Source: Candidatus Latescibacterota bacterium (lineage in GTDB: Bacteria > Latescibacterota > UBA2968 > UBA8231). From it: a stretch of DNA of 64,000 nt. The stretch is from NCBI GenBank assembly GCA_965215195.1, contig CBDCDC010000002.1, forward strand, positions 4,256,001-4,320,000, written 5' to 3'. The position numbers were made by a program, and so were the translations under genes. The notes beneath the pieces were generated by a model, which was not told the DNA's origin, searched no databases, and was given only the letters and a program-made list of their open reading frames with translations. This document shows positions 1 to 10,507 of this stretch, piece by piece. The stretch's first letter is position 1; the number at the start of each line of letters is the position of its first letter.

Positions 1-1
1 G

Positions 2-1126
2 CAGGCTTTGGCGCGCTACAAGGCCGCCCTAGCAAAGGTGGCCCCGGAGCGCGCCTGGGCCGACCCCCGCTTGACCTACGGCTATTTCGCGCGCCCGGTG
101 GAGACGCGCACTGGCCCACAAAAGATGCGCTTTAGCGCGGCGCAAACCTTCCCGTGGAAGGGCAAGTTGGCGCTCAAGGGGCGGATCGCCCAGCAAGAGG
201 CCGCAGTCGAGGGCCAGCACTATGAGGCCGCCCGACGGTCGCTGATCTTCGCGGTCAAGGCCGCGTACTACGACTGCTACTTTTTGCAGCGAGCCATCGC
301 CGTCACTGAAGGCAACGTGCGGCTGTTGGCCCACTTAGAAGAAGTAGGCCGCGCCCGCTATCGCGGCGGCACCGGGGAGCACGCGGCCGTTCTCAAAGCG
401 CAGGTAGAATTGGGCCGCTTAGAGGACCAGGTGCGCAGCCTGCGCCAGCGGTGGCGGCCGGCCGCGGCCCGGTTAAATGCCGCGCTCGGCCGCCCGGCGA
501 CCGCCCCGGTAGCTGTGCCCGATTCGCTGCCCATGGCCGCGTTGGACCTAGACGAGGAGGTGCTAAAGGTGCGCTTGCAGGCCGCGAATCCAATGCTGCA
601 AATGCGGCAAGCGCAAGCGCGGGCGCAGTCCCTAGGCGTTGAGTTGGCCGGCAAGCAGTTTTACCCAGACCTGACCGTGAGCCTCGATTACATCCACATC
701 GGGGACCGCGGCGAGAATCCGCTGATGGCCATGGCGACCATCAACCTGCCCTTGTGGCGCTCGTCGTACGAGGCCGGAAAACGCGCGGCCAAGCTGAGCT
801 ATCAGGCCGCCTTGCAGGGAATTGCGGACGAGGAAAACAGGCTCGTTGCCGAGCTGGAGCTAGCTTTGTACAAACGGCGCGACGCCCAAAGCCGCAGCGC
901 CCTCTACCGAGACAGCCTGCTGCCCAAGGCCGAACAGATGCTCAACGTGACCCAACGCGCCTTTGCGGCCGACCGCAGCGATTTTCTCGCGGTCATCGAC
1001 GCCCAACGCACCCTGCTGGAGTTCCAGCTAGCGTACGAACGCGCGCGTACCGACCAAGCCCTGCATGGGGCCGAGATTGAAAAGCTGATCGGCGAACCTT
1101 CAACCACAGGGGAAATCCAACCGTGA
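2..1126 (+). CDS. TolC-family outer membrane efflux protein (CusC-like), 5'-truncated by the window edge
   Basis: The frame is open from base 2. OEP-type helical repeats (AVKAAYYD...; FLAVIDAQRTLLEFQLAYERA). Stop overlaps the start of the MFP gene. Confidence 0.88.
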   Translation, partial: QALARYKAALAKVAPERAWADPRLTYGYFARPVETRTGPQKMRFSAAQTFPWKGKLALKGRIAQQEAAVEGQHYEAARRSLIFAVKAAYYDCYFLQRAIAVTEGNVRLLAHLEEVGRARYRGGTGEHAAVLKAQVELGRLEDQVRSLRQRWRPAAARLNAALGRPATAPVAVPDSLPMAALDLDEEVLKVRLQAANPMLQMRQAQARAQSLGVELAGKQFYPDLTVSLDYIHIGDRGENPLMAMATINLPLWRSSYEAGKRAAKLSYQAALQGIADEENRLVAELELALYKRRDAQSRSALYRDSLLPKAEQMLNVTQRAFAADRSDFLAVIDAQRTLLEFQLAYERARTDQALHGAEIEKLIGEPSTTGEIQP

Positions 1127-2592
1127 AAGCGACAAAGCAAATGATAGCTACCGGCATCGCAGCCGGGATCGTGGGCTTGGCTTTGGGCTGGGGTTTGGGT
1201 AGCTCGGATACACCCCGCGGACCCGCACCCTCTGCCGTCGCCGAGCAGGCCGCGACGTGGACTTGCTCAATGCACCCACAGATCCGCCGGCCCGGCCCGG
1301 CCCAGTGCCCAATCTGCGCGATGGACCTAATTCCGGTGGCCGCGCCTGTTGTCGGCGACTCCTTGGGCCCGCGCCAGTTGCGCCTCTCGCCCACCGCGCA
1401 GCAGCTCGCCAGCATCCAGACCGCGCCGGTCGAGCGCCACTTTGCGCTGGTCGAGACGCGGATGGTCGGCAAGATCGCGGTAGATGAGACGCAAGTCCGC
1501 TCCATCACCGCTTGGGTAGCGGGCCGGATTGATCGGCTGTACGTGGACTACACAGGCGTCCGAGTCGAAGCGGGCGATCACATAGCCTATCTCTACAGCC
1601 CGGAGCTGTTGACCGCCCAAGAGGAGCTAATCCAGGCCCTACGCGCCCGCGCGCAATTGGGCGACAGGGGCACGGCGCTGGTTGCAGCCGCACGCGAAAA
1701 GCTGCGCCTGCTCGGGCTGAAGGAGGAGCAAGTTGAGCGCGTTGAGCGCGAACGCCGCGCCTCCGACCACCTGACGATCTACGCGCCAACCGGCGGCGTG
1801 GTCATAGAAAAGCACCTCAGCGAGGGCGCGTACGTGCAAACCGGGACGCCGCTTTACACCATCGCGGACTTGTCGCGGCTGTGGCTGGAGCTCCGCGCCT
1901 ACGAGTCGGACCTGTCTTGGATCCACTACGGCCAGGCCGTCGAATTTTCGACCGAAGCCTATCCGGGCGAGGTATTCAGCGGCCAAATATCCTTCGTCGA
2001 TCCAGTGTTAGACGAGCGCACGCGCACGGTGCGCGTACGGGTCAACGTGAGCAACGAGCAAGGCCGGCTGAAGCCGGGGATGCTGGTGTGGGCGGTGGCT
2101 CAGGCCGAGGCGGGTGCCCACGGGCGCGCCATGTCGCCCGCGCTCAGGGGCAAGTGGATCAGCCCGATGCACCCAGAGATCGTCCGCGACGCGCCCGGTC
2201 CCTGCGACATCTGCGGCATGGCCCTAGTGCGCGCCGAAGAGCTGGGCTATGGCGCGGGCGACGAGGCTGGACGCGAGGCACCGCTAGTGGTGCCCGCTTC
2301 GGCACCACTGCTGACGGGCAAACGCGCCGTGGTGTACGTCGCGCTCGGCGAGGGCCTGTACGAGGGCCGCGAGGTCGTGCTGGGGCCGCGCGCTGGGGAT
2401 TACTACTTGGTCCGCGAGGGCCTGCGCGAAGGAGAGGAAGTGGTGGTCAACGGCGCGTTCAAAATCGACAGTGCCCTCCAGATCCGCGCCCAGCCTAGTG
2501 CGATGTATCCAGCGGGCGGCGCACCGGCGCACGGGCACGATCGCGGCGCGCCCGCACCCTCCGCGCATGAGCACAGCCACGGAGGCCACTGA
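1123..2592 (+). CDS. cusB: CusB-like efflux RND periplasmic adaptor with heavy-metal-binding domains
   Basis: WTCSMHPQI...CPICAMDL and a second WISPMHPEI...CDICGMAL metal-binding motif; YSPELLTAQEE; LKPGM; His-rich C-terminus. Confidence 0.9.
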   Translation: MKATKQMIATGIAAGIVGLALGWGLGSSDTPRGPAPSAVAEQAATWTCSMHPQIRRPGPAQCPICAMDLIPVAAPVVGDSLGPRQLRLSPTAQQLASIQTAPVERHFALVETRMVGKIAVDETQVRSITAWVAGRIDRLYVDYTGVRVEAGDHIAYLYSPELLTAQEELIQALRARAQLGDRGTALVAAAREKLRLLGLKEEQVERVERERRASDHLTIYAPTGGVVIEKHLSEGAYVQTGTPLYTIADLSRLWLELRAYESDLSWIHYGQAVEFSTEAYPGEVFSGQISFVDPVLDERTRTVRVRVNVSNEQGRLKPGMLVWAVAQAEAGAHGRAMSPALRGKWISPMHPEIVRDAPGPCDICGMALVRAEELGYGAGDEAGREAPLVVPASAPLLTGKRAVVYVALGEGLYEGREVVLGPRAGDYYLVREGLREGEEVVVNGAFKIDSALQIRAQPSAMYPAGGAPAHGHDRGAPAPSAHEHSHGGH

Positions 2593-5500
2593 TGGAAGGG
2601 CAAAACTCGCTGCTCGCCCGCTTGGTGCGCTTCTTTCTCACGCGCAAGCTAGTCGCTGCGCTCATGTTGGTCGGTCTCGTGCTGTGGGGCCTTGCGGTCG
2701 CCCCCTTTGCTTGGGAATTGGAGTGGCTGCCGCGCGACCCGGTGCCCGTAGATGCGATCCCAGACATCGGCGAGAACCAACAGATCGTCTTCAGCGAGTG
2801 GCCGGGTCGCTCGCCGCAAGACGTGGAAGATCAGGTGACCTATCCGCTGACCGCGGCGCTTTTGGGCGTGCCGGGCGTTGAGACGATCCGCAGCTTCTCG
2901 ATGTTTGGCTTTTCGAGCATCTATGTGATTTTTGCCGAAGAAGTCGATTTCTATTGGTCGCGTTCCCGCATCCTCGAAAAGCTCAACAGCCGGCCGGCCG
3001 GCCTCCTGCCCGAGGGCGTCCAGCCGGCCTTGGGGCCGGACGCAACGGCCTTGGGGCAGGTATTCTGGTACACGTTGGAAGGCCGCGACGAACAGGGTGC
3101 GCCCACCGGCGGCTGGGACCTGCACGAGTTGCGCCGCATTCAGGACTGGCAGGTGCGCTATGCCCTGTTGGGTGCCGATGGCGTCAGCGAGGTGGCCTCG
3201 GTGGGTGGCTTTGTGCAGGAATACCAAATTGACGTCGACCCGGACGCGATGCGCGCCTACGGGGTGCGGCTCGACGAGGTCTTCCACGCGGTGCGCATGT
3301 CCAACCGGGACGTGGGTGCGCGCACCGTAGAGCTGAATCAAGCCGAGTACGTCATCCGCGGCATCGGCTTTGTCAAAGGATTGGCCGACCTTGAAAACGC
3401 CGTCATTAAGGCGCGGGACAACGTCCCGATTTACGTCAAAAACGTCGCGCGGGTCGGGCTGGGGCCGGCGCTGCGGCGCGGCGCGTTGGACAAGGAAGGG
3501 GCCGAGGTGGTCGGCGGCGTGGTTGTGGTGCGCTTCGGTGCCAATCCCCTAGCAGCCATTGAAAGCGCGAAGGCCAAGGTCGCGGAAATCGCCCCGAGCC
3601 TGCCCAAGAAAACCCTGCCCGACGGGCGGGTCAGCCAAGTGCAGGTGATCCCTTTTTACGACCGATCTGGATTGATCGAGGAGACGCTGGGCACGCTGGA
3701 GCGCGCCCTGAGCGAGGAGATACTGGTAACGGTGATCGTGGTGCTGGTGCTGGTGATGAATCTGCGCGGGGCCGCGCTGGTCTCCGGGCTGTTGCCGCTG
3801 GCCGTGCTCGCCTGCTTTGCTGCCATGAAGGTCTTTGGCATTGACGCCAACATAGTCGCCCTCTCCGGCATTGCCATCGCCATCGGCACGATGGTCGATA
3901 TGGGCATCGTCATCAGCGAGAACATCCTCAAGCACTTAGAGGATGCAGACGCAGAGGACGACCGCTTGGAAGTGGTCTTCCGCGCCACGCGCGAGGTCGG
4001 CGGTGCCGTGCTGACGGCCGTGCTCACCACGGTAGTGGGCTTTTTGCCCGTCTTTGCCATGGAAGGGGCCGAGGGCAAGCTCTTTGCACCGCTGGCCTTT
4101 ACCAAGACCTTCGCGCTGTTGGCCGCTGTGTGGCTGTCGCTGACGGCCTTACCGGCCTTGGCGCACTGTGCGTTTGCAACGCGACTGGGGCGTTGGGGCC
4201 CCGGCCTGTGGGCGGTCTGTGGCCTCGGAGTGGCCTTTGCCCTGTCGTGGTGGATCGGCCTGCTGCTAATAGCTATTGGGACGTATCACCTAGTCGCCGC
4301 TCGCGTGCCGGAGTGGGTGCGCTTGTGGGTGGTGCGAGGTGCGGTGGCGGCCGTGGCTTGCGGAGTGGTCGCCGCGCTAGCGGAACACTGGTTGCCCTTG
4401 GGCCCGGAAAAGGGCGGGTGGCGCAATTTTCTCTTCGCCGCTGGATTGATCGGCGGTCTGTTGGCGCTTTTTCGCGTCTTGCAAGGCGCATTTCCCAGCA
4501 TGCTGCGGTGGTGTCTGGATCACAAGGGCTGGGCGCTGCTCTTCCCCTTGCTCCTGACGCTGGCGGGCGCGTCCGCGTGGCTGGGTTTTGCCCGCGTCTT
4601 CGGCTTTGTGCCGCCCGCCCTGCGCAATTCAGCGCCCTTTGCCGCCCTCGCCGAGGCCCTGCCCGGGTTGGGCAAGGAGTTTATGCCGCCCCTCGACGAA
4701 GGTTCTTTCCTGTGGATGCCGACGACCATGCCCCACGCCTCCATCGGCGAGGTGCTCGATGTCCTGCAAAAGCAAAACGCAGCCATTTCGCAGATACCAG
4801 AAGTGGAGTCCGCCGTGGGGAAGCTGGGACGGGCCGAGACCCCGCTGGACCCCGCGCCGATTTCCATGATCGAGACCGTGATTAACTATCGCACGGAATA
4901 CCTCACCGACGCGACAGGCCGCCGCCTACTGTTCGCTTTTGACGAGCGCACCACGGACCTCTTCCGCGCCCCGGATGGTACGCCTGCGCCCGCCCCGGAT
5001 GGTGCGCCCTATAAGGTCTGGGGCCGCTATCGCCGCGACGCAGCCGGCCGCCTCGTGCCCAGCGCCGAGGGGCGGCCCTTCCGCTTGTGGCGTCCGCCCT
5101 TGGATCCGGCGCTCAATCCGGGGCGGGCGGCTTGGCCGGGGATACAGGAGGCCGACGATATCTGGGCGGAGATCGCCCGGGCCGGCCAGATCCCCGGCTC
5201 TACCTCGGCACCTAAGTTGCAGCCGATTGCCGCGCGGCTCGTCATGTTGCAGAGCGGGATGCGCGCCCCCCTCGGCATTGAGATCAAAGGCCCTAACTTG
5301 GAGGCCATCGAACGCGCCGGCCTGACGCTGGAGCGCTTGCTCAAGGAAGTGCCCGCGGTTGAGTCGGCGACCGTCAACGCCGACCGCATCATCGGCAAGC
5401 CCTACTTGGAGCTCCACATTGACCGCGAGGCCATTGCCCGCCACGGCATCGCCCTGCAGAAGGTGCAGGACGTAATTGAGATCGCCATCGGGGGCAAGCT

Positions 5501-6470
5501 GGTCACCACCACGGTGGAAGGCCGCGAGCGCTACCCCGTGCGGGTGCGCTACCTGCGCGAATTGCGCGACAGCGTCGAGGAACTGGTGCGAATTTTGGTG
5601 CCAGCACCCGACGGGGCGCAGATCCCCTTGGGCGAGCTGGCCGAGATCCGCTACGTGCGCGGCCCCCAGGTCATCAAGAGCGAGGATGCGCTTTTGCTAG
5701 GCTACGTGCTCTTCGACAAGAAGCCGGGGTACGCGGAAGTCGATGTGGTGGAAGCGTGCCGAGCGCATTTAGAAAGCAAAAGGGCCAGCGGCGACCTCGC
5801 GCTGGAGACCGGCGTTAGCTACGCCTTTGCCGGCAGTTACGAAAACCAACTGCGAGCGCAGAAGAAGCTCAACGTGCTGCTGCCGCTCGCGTTGGCCGCG
5901 ATCTTCCTCATCCTCTATTTCCAGTTTGGCAACGCCGCCACGGCTCTGCTGGTCTTTTCCGGGGTTGCGGTGGCTTGGGCCGGCGGCTTTGCCATGCTGT
6001 GGCTCTACGGGCAGGAATGGTTTTTGGATTTCTCAGTCTTAGGCACACAGATGCGCACCCTCTTCCACATCCGTCCTTTGAACTTGAGCGTGGCGGTGTG
6101 GGTGGGTTTTCTCGCGCTGTTTGGCATTGCCTCGGACAACGGCGTGATCGTGGCGACCTATTTGCGACAGGTCTTCCGCGAGCAAAAGCCAGTGACCGTT
6201 GAGGCAATGCGCCGCGCTGCGCTCGCCGCTGGGGTGCGGCGCATCCGCCCCTGCTTGATGACGGCGGCCACCACGATCTTGGCGCTGATCCCCGTGCTGA
6301 CGGCGAGCGGGCGCGGCGCGGATCTCATGCTGCCGATGGCCATTCCCACCTTTGGCGGCATGATTGCGGTGGTGCTGACAGTGCCGGTGGTGCCGGTGCT
6401 CTACTGCGCGGTCGAGGAGTGGAAGCTGTGGGTGGGGTTGCGGGCGGAAGAACCAGACCCCGTTACGTGA
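2592..6470 (+). CDS. cusA: CusA/CzcA-family heavy-metal efflux RND permease
   Basis: DAIPDIGENQQIV, VEDQVTYPL, GPDATALG, IAIAIGTMVDMGIV, EFMPPLDEG, RIRPCLMT; 1292 aa. Confidence 0.93.
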   Translation: MEGQNSLLARLVRFFLTRKLVAALMLVGLVLWGLAVAPFAWELEWLPRDPVPVDAIPDIGENQQIVFSEWPGRSPQDVEDQVTYPLTAALLGVPGVETIRSFSMFGFSSIYVIFAEEVDFYWSRSRILEKLNSRPAGLLPEGVQPALGPDATALGQVFWYTLEGRDEQGAPTGGWDLHELRRIQDWQVRYALLGADGVSEVASVGGFVQEYQIDVDPDAMRAYGVRLDEVFHAVRMSNRDVGARTVELNQAEYVIRGIGFVKGLADLENAVIKARDNVPIYVKNVARVGLGPALRRGALDKEGAEVVGGVVVVRFGANPLAAIESAKAKVAEIAPSLPKKTLPDGRVSQVQVIPFYDRSGLIEETLGTLERALSEEILVTVIVVLVLVMNLRGAALVSGLLPLAVLACFAAMKVFGIDANIVALSGIAIAIGTMVDMGIVISENILKHLEDADAEDDRLEVVFRATREVGGAVLTAVLTTVVGFLPVFAMEGAEGKLFAPLAFTKTFALLAAVWLSLTALPALAHCAFATRLGRWGPGLWAVCGLGVAFALSWWIGLLLIAIGTYHLVAARVPEWVRLWVVRGAVAAVACGVVAALAEHWLPLGPEKGGWRNFLFAAGLIGGLLALFRVLQGAFPSMLRWCLDHKGWALLFPLLLTLAGASAWLGFARVFGFVPPALRNSAPFAALAEALPGLGKEFMPPLDEGSFLWMPTTMPHASIGEVLDVLQKQNAAISQIPEVESAVGKLGRAETPLDPAPISMIETVINYRTEYLTDATGRRLLFAFDERTTDLFRAPDGTPAPAPDGAPYKVWGRYRRDAAGRLVPSAEGRPFRLWRPPLDPALNPGRAAWPGIQEADDIWAEIARAGQIPGSTSAPKLQPIAARLVMLQSGMRAPLGIEIKGPNLEAIERAGLTLERLLKEVPAVESATVNADRIIGKPYLELHIDREAIARHGIALQKVQDVIEIAIGGKLVTTTVEGRERYPVRVRYLRELRDSVEELVRILVPAPDGAQIPLGELAEIRYVRGPQVIKSEDALLLGYVLFDKKPGYAEVDVVEACRAHLESKRASGDLALETGVSYAFAGSYENQLRAQKKLNVLLPLALAAIFLILYFQFGNAATALLVFSGVAVAWAGGFAMLWLYGQEWFLDFSVLGTQMRTLFHIRPLNLSVAVWVGFLALFGIASDNGVIVATYLRQVFREQKPVTVEAMRRAALAAGVRRIRPCLMTAATTILALIPVLTASGRGADLMLPMAIPTFGGMIAVVLTVPVVPVLYCAVEEWKLWVGLRAEEPDPVT

Positions 6471-6601
6471 CTTAGCGCCTGACGTTACGCATCGGCCCCT
6501 TGGACGCTGAGTAGCTGTCTCGCCTAAAGGCAGGGTGAAGTTGGTGTGAACAAGGCGCAGTGAAGCGAAGCACCCCATACCTTCTAGTAGGCAAAACGGA
6601 A

Positions 6602-6639
6602 GAAGCGGGCAGCTCATACATAGACGCGCTGCCCGCTTC
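6602..6639 (+). terminator. GC-rich stem-loop downstream of cusA (possible terminator)
   Basis: Perfect 12-bp inverted repeat gaagcgggcagc (6602-6613) / gctgcccgcttc (6628-6639). No U-tract. Confidence 0.4.
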
Positions 6640-6881
6640 CGCGGCCGATCGCACCGAAATCCCCACCTGCCTGTCAAGCTTCACCATTCACTGATCCGCA
6701 TCCAAAACATGGCGCAGACATTCCTATCTGCGCTTCCCCGCCCCCGGCTGCCTCTCTACGTAAACACTCACCGCCCATTCCGCATCAACTACACCGTCAG
6801 ACGCTCCGAAAAAAATAAGCGGCGGAACCGTTTAACTGAATAGGCTTGCTCCGCAACCGACCGACATGTCCGTGCGATTTT

Positions 6882-7092
6882 TTGACGCACCAAAAGCAAT
6901 AATTCGACGCACTTGTGCGATATATCCGCGCACTTTTGGGGCGTCAAGCGAGCATCGCAAAGGGCCTGAGAGACGAGCGAGAAAATCAGCTTATTTTTTA
7001 TAAAGTATTGTATAACAGGTATTTGTGATATATCAAGTCAAAGGAATCGGCGTGATTATCGCCCGCTGGCCACTCATTGGCACGATAATTGT
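6882..7092 (+). promoter_or_regulatory. Putative sigma54 promoter with upstream inverted-repeat enhancer and IHF-like site
   Basis: TGGCACGataaTTGT at 7078-7092 (consensus TGGCACG-N4-TTGC, one mismatch at -12). IHF-like TAAAGTATTGTA at 7001-7012. Inverted repeat ttgacgcaccaaaag (6882-6896) / cttttggggcgtcaa (6933-6947), 14/15 match. Strong RBS aaggaggt before ATG 7144. Confidence 0.55.
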
Positions 7093-7143
7093 TTTTTAAG
7101 GCTTACTGAAGCAACAACCTATAACAGAAAGGAGGTAAGGCTT

Positions 7144-8019
7144 ATGAAGCACATCGTCTCAACTGGCTTGGGGCTTGCAGCCCTAGCAGCCAGTGCTTCA
7201 CCTCGGAGATCGCCTCCGAGAAAACTCAGTAAACCTACGTAAAGGAGCGCCGCCGAACCCAAAAGCCAGTACGGCGGCTTTTCATCGAACCCCGACAGCC
7301 TCCAGCCCTTCTACGACTACATCCACGGTCAGGAAATGATGAAGGTCGAAGCCGGTGCCGAGTTACGGCGTGCCATAGAGGCGATCCCCGTTAATCTGGG
7401 AACGGCTATTGATCTAGCGCAAGAAGCCGGACTGCGCGACTGGCTCTACGACTTGCTGGTCGCCTTTTCGGCTTCGGGCAACGACAGCCTCGCCGCTGCG
7501 TTTTACCTGCGCGAGGGTTTCAATAATCCCGACCTAGCAGCGCAGATGAAAAAGGAGGGCGAGCGTATGGGTCTCCTAAAAGGCGATACCAATACGCCCT
7601 TTGCCTTCTGCAAAAGCATGCACAAGTTCGCGCTCAATTTTTTGGCGGAGCGCGACTATTTCTTTGAAAACGTGTCTTTTTCTGATAGCGTGTTCAAAGT
7701 GTTCGAGATGCAGGGGGCGTACGATAGCTATGAGTCCTACCTCGAGACCCACGGCATGATTCCTAGAGGCATAGACTTCTTCGATCTCATCAAAATGCGG
7801 GAAGAAGTCGAGGAGCGACTGCAAGAGGGCACACCACTGGTCTTTGTCGACGTCATGTTCATCGTTGAAGAGCCTGAGCAGTTCTCGACATTCGAGGTGC
7901 CGGGGCGCACTCCGTCCTTTTTTCGGCTAGCCTGGGATCCAGAGAAGGCTATTTGGCGCCATGTAGAGATCTATTTTAGCCAAGGTGTGCCGCAAGATTT
8001 TTTATTTAACATCATGTAA
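7144..8019 (+). pseudogene. Probable secreted hypothetical protein interrupted by one in-frame TAA (7240-7242); the downstream part 7336-8019 is an open 227-aa ORF
   Basis: ATG 7144 has a strong RBS and a signal-peptide-like start (MKHIVSTGLGLAALAASA). It is in the same frame as ORF 7336-8019, and only one stop separates them. Confidence 0.5.
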
Positions 8020-8038
8020 TCAACTCAAGGAGGATACC

Positions 8039-8501
8039 ATGAAATCCTTGGCGAAAAGCATGCCGAAGCCCACCACAGGGCCGCGCAGGTGTGGAGGGAG
8101 TTCGATCAGGAGGTCACCGACCTCGCTCGGGCGCACGGCCAGACTAAGTACTTTCCCACGGATATGGTCAAGCGGCTTCCCCCACCGCATCGAACGGTGG
8201 AACGCCCAACTCCAACGCCTCCTGCCCGCCGGTGCTTACGCCCAAGCCGCTAGTCCAGCAGTTCGAGCAGACCATGCTCAACCTCGACCGCGGCGATCCC
8301 AAAAGCATGCACATCCACCTCGTCGCCCAAGGGCTGTCGCGGCAGAAGATTGACCCCGACACCTTACCTGTTTTTACCGAGGATCTGTCGGCGACGACCT
8401 TGCTGCGCCACGCGGCCGTCGATGTAATTGGGCTTTTCTTCTTTGCCCTTCTCACGTACATGCTGGCCTACCGGGCGTGGCTGCGGACCAGTATTGTCTA
8501 A
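8039..8501 (+). pseudogene. Decayed ABC-2-type permease (DUF3526-like) remnant
   Basis: RBS aaggagg plus ATG 8039. Fragments lie in different frames (QLQRLLPAGAYAQAA; DTLPVFTEDLSATTLLRHAAVDVIGLFFFALLTYMLAYRAWLRTSIV*). The last resembles the C-terminal TM end of such permeases, but the region is far too short for an intact gene. Confidence 0.5.
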
Positions 8502-9436
8502 AACGGTGCGCCCTTAATCGCCGCCATGTTGAGTAGAAGTTCGAGTTCGCCAATAATCGCGAGTGCCGACTGGGCCATTGGAGACGGAATGTCCTTTGTT
8601 TTTTCGACGCGCTTCCTTAGCCGTTCCAAGGCCGCCCGTGCTTGGGCATCGGTGGTGCTCTCTTGGAACATCTTTAAGAAATCTCGCCAGTAAGACGTTT
8701 TGATGCCGCAAAGCTGAACATCGTTGAGCTTTTCCATATACGAAGACATAAGGCCGGTACGCGCCAGCCGACCGAAGTTGCCACCGCCATCGGCGACCGG
8801 TTTGTCGAGAATCCGATCCGACTTATTCGGATACGGCGTCACGTTTTGCGGAACCTCGATCTCCCTGTTTTGCCGCGTCTGTCGGACATGTTGCCAGTGG
8901 TGATTGCGATGTTCCGCGGCAAACTTAGCGGACTCTACGAATGGTTCAAAGAGTACCGGGGAACCGCTGATGACGTTTCCCAACACCCATGGTACGACGA
9001 CGATCAAGTCCTGTACGGCACAAGCCGCCGACGTAGTTTGAAACCTCAAACTAGGCTCCGACTCTTTCGCCAATAAGTACCAGCCCTTGAGTTCGATGCC
9101 TAGTAGTACCTCTGCGTCCGATGACCGGCGCAATAGGATATCCGGAAATGTCTGCGCCTGTCTAACGAAACTGTAAAGGGCGTATTTTTCGTCGGGATCC
9201 CAAGTGCTTCGGGTTAGGTTCAACGTGCGAACGACCTGCTCTTCAATCGTCGCCCCAAGTACGGTATTTAGCGTGTGTAGATCCGTCGCCATCATGCCAG
9301 AAATGTGAGTTTCCGTGCGAAAGTATATTGGTAAGCTGGCGATGGCATCGCGGACATTCTCGTAGAGTTGAAAATGCTCCCACTCGGGGGTGGGAAGCGC
9401 CCTTGTGGGGTGAATTGGCGAGTTTCCTTCCGTCAT
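8498..9436 (-). CDS. Putative type II restriction endonuclease (PD-(D/E)xK)
   Basis: QTFPDILL...GIELKGW motif; translationally coupled (4-bp overlap) to the methyltransferase. Confidence 0.7.
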   Translation of the reverse strand: MTEGNSPIHPTRALPTPEWEHFQLYENVRDAIASLPIYFRTETHISGMMATDLHTLNTVLGATIEEQVVRTLNLTRSTWDPDEKYALYSFVRQAQTFPDILLRRSSDAEVLLGIELKGWYLLAKESEPSLRFQTTSAACAVQDLIVVVPWVLGNVISGSPVLFEPFVESAKFAAEHRNHHWQHVRQTRQNREIEVPQNVTPYPNKSDRILDKPVADGGGNFGRLARTGLMSSYMEKLNDVQLCGIKTSYWRDFLKMFQESTTDAQARAALERLRKRVEKTKDIPSPMAQSALAIIGELELLLNMAAIKGAPF

Positions 9437-10482
9437 AGCGATGCCAATCTATTGACCGCTGCCTTGTAGAAATCGGGATTTATTTCTGCCGCAGCGTATT
9501 TGCGGTTTAGAAGGTGGGAAACGACTGCGCCTGGACACAAACCGCCGAATGGTTCCCAGACCACGTCGCCTTTGTCGGTCGAAGATCTAACGAGCAGGTC
9601 GATGAACTTCAATGGTTTTTGGCTTCCGTGCAAGCTGCGGAATTTGTACTTCATTTCGCGTCGCATCCCTTGAATGCGCTCGGCACCGCTGACCTGCGGT
9701 TCGCGCCAAACGTTGGTAACGCCAATGTCGCATTTGAACTTTGCGCGCAGCTTGGCCCACTGGCGTCCCGATATGGGTGTGTTTGCATCCATGCTGAAAT
9801 ACGGCCGCCCGCCCGGGGCCCCGTGTTTATTCGCATACTCGACCAGTTTTACGAATGCTTCCACCGGAGGGTAGTACCAGAGGTGGTCGGCGGTCAGGTA
9901 TTTGCGCGTTGCCGCGTTTAGTACGCCGCACGCCTCGTTGGCTAGGCGGAAGGGCAAACCCGTGCGCTTCCACTCGTGGCGCAGCCACTCCTGCATGGTG
10001 AGCGAGTGACCGTTGGCTTGAAAACGGGCCGCTTTAACGTAATGCACGCACACTTCCGTCACCACGGGGAACTTCCTGAGCGTGCGCGTATTGGCATTGC
10101 CGGCAATGTGCCCGAGTCCCTTGTCCCAGACATTGCAGCAGCGATACTCCCAACCATTCGCTATCAAGACCGGATGAACCGTGGCCCAGCCTACTTCCGT
10201 ATTCCAAAACCACAGCGTCGTCTCGGGCGTAGAACGCCTGCTCCAAGCCTCAATATGAGGTTCATACCATTCGACGAGGGACTCCACGGTGTGGGCATCG
10301 CCCGGAAACCCATCCACCCCGTAGGGGCCATCGGAGATGATGCAAATCGGTGCCGGCCAGTCCGCATAGTGGTCTTCCGCTCGGCCATGGCAAATAGATG
10401 CTTGTCCGCGGACGTATTGCTGGCTTACCACAGGGTCCAAGTGGCGTGGCGGAGCGTCCGGGAAAAGTTGGGGCTGCTGCAT
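9433..10482 (-). CDS. Site-specific DNA methyltransferase (N4-C/N6-A, beta-class motif order)
   Basis: Catalytic-like IISDGPYG near the N-terminus, HGSQKP, and SAM-binding-like GDVVWEPFGG...AAEIN at the C-terminus. Confidence 0.85.
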   Translation of the reverse strand: MQQPQLFPDAPPRHLDPVVSQQYVRGQASICHGRAEDHYADWPAPICIISDGPYGVDGFPGDAHTVESLVEWYEPHIEAWSRRSTPETTLWFWNTEVGWATVHPVLIANGWEYRCCNVWDKGLGHIAGNANTRTLRKFPVVTEVCVHYVKAARFQANGHSLTMQEWLRHEWKRTGLPFRLANEACGVLNAATRKYLTADHLWYYPPVEAFVKLVEYANKHGAPGGRPYFSMDANTPISGRQWAKLRAKFKCDIGVTNVWREPQVSGAERIQGMRREMKYKFRSLHGSQKPLKFIDLLVRSSTDKGDVVWEPFGGLCPGAVVSHLLNRKYAAAEINPDFYKAAVNRLASL

Positions 10483-10507
10483 GTGGCTGCTTTGTCTCCT
10501 GCAAAAA

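Noticed and set aside
4967-5008. 18-bp direct repeat inside cusA (APDGTP/APDGAP)
   Set aside because: A small in-frame duplication in a variable loop, with no sign of a mobile or regulatory role.
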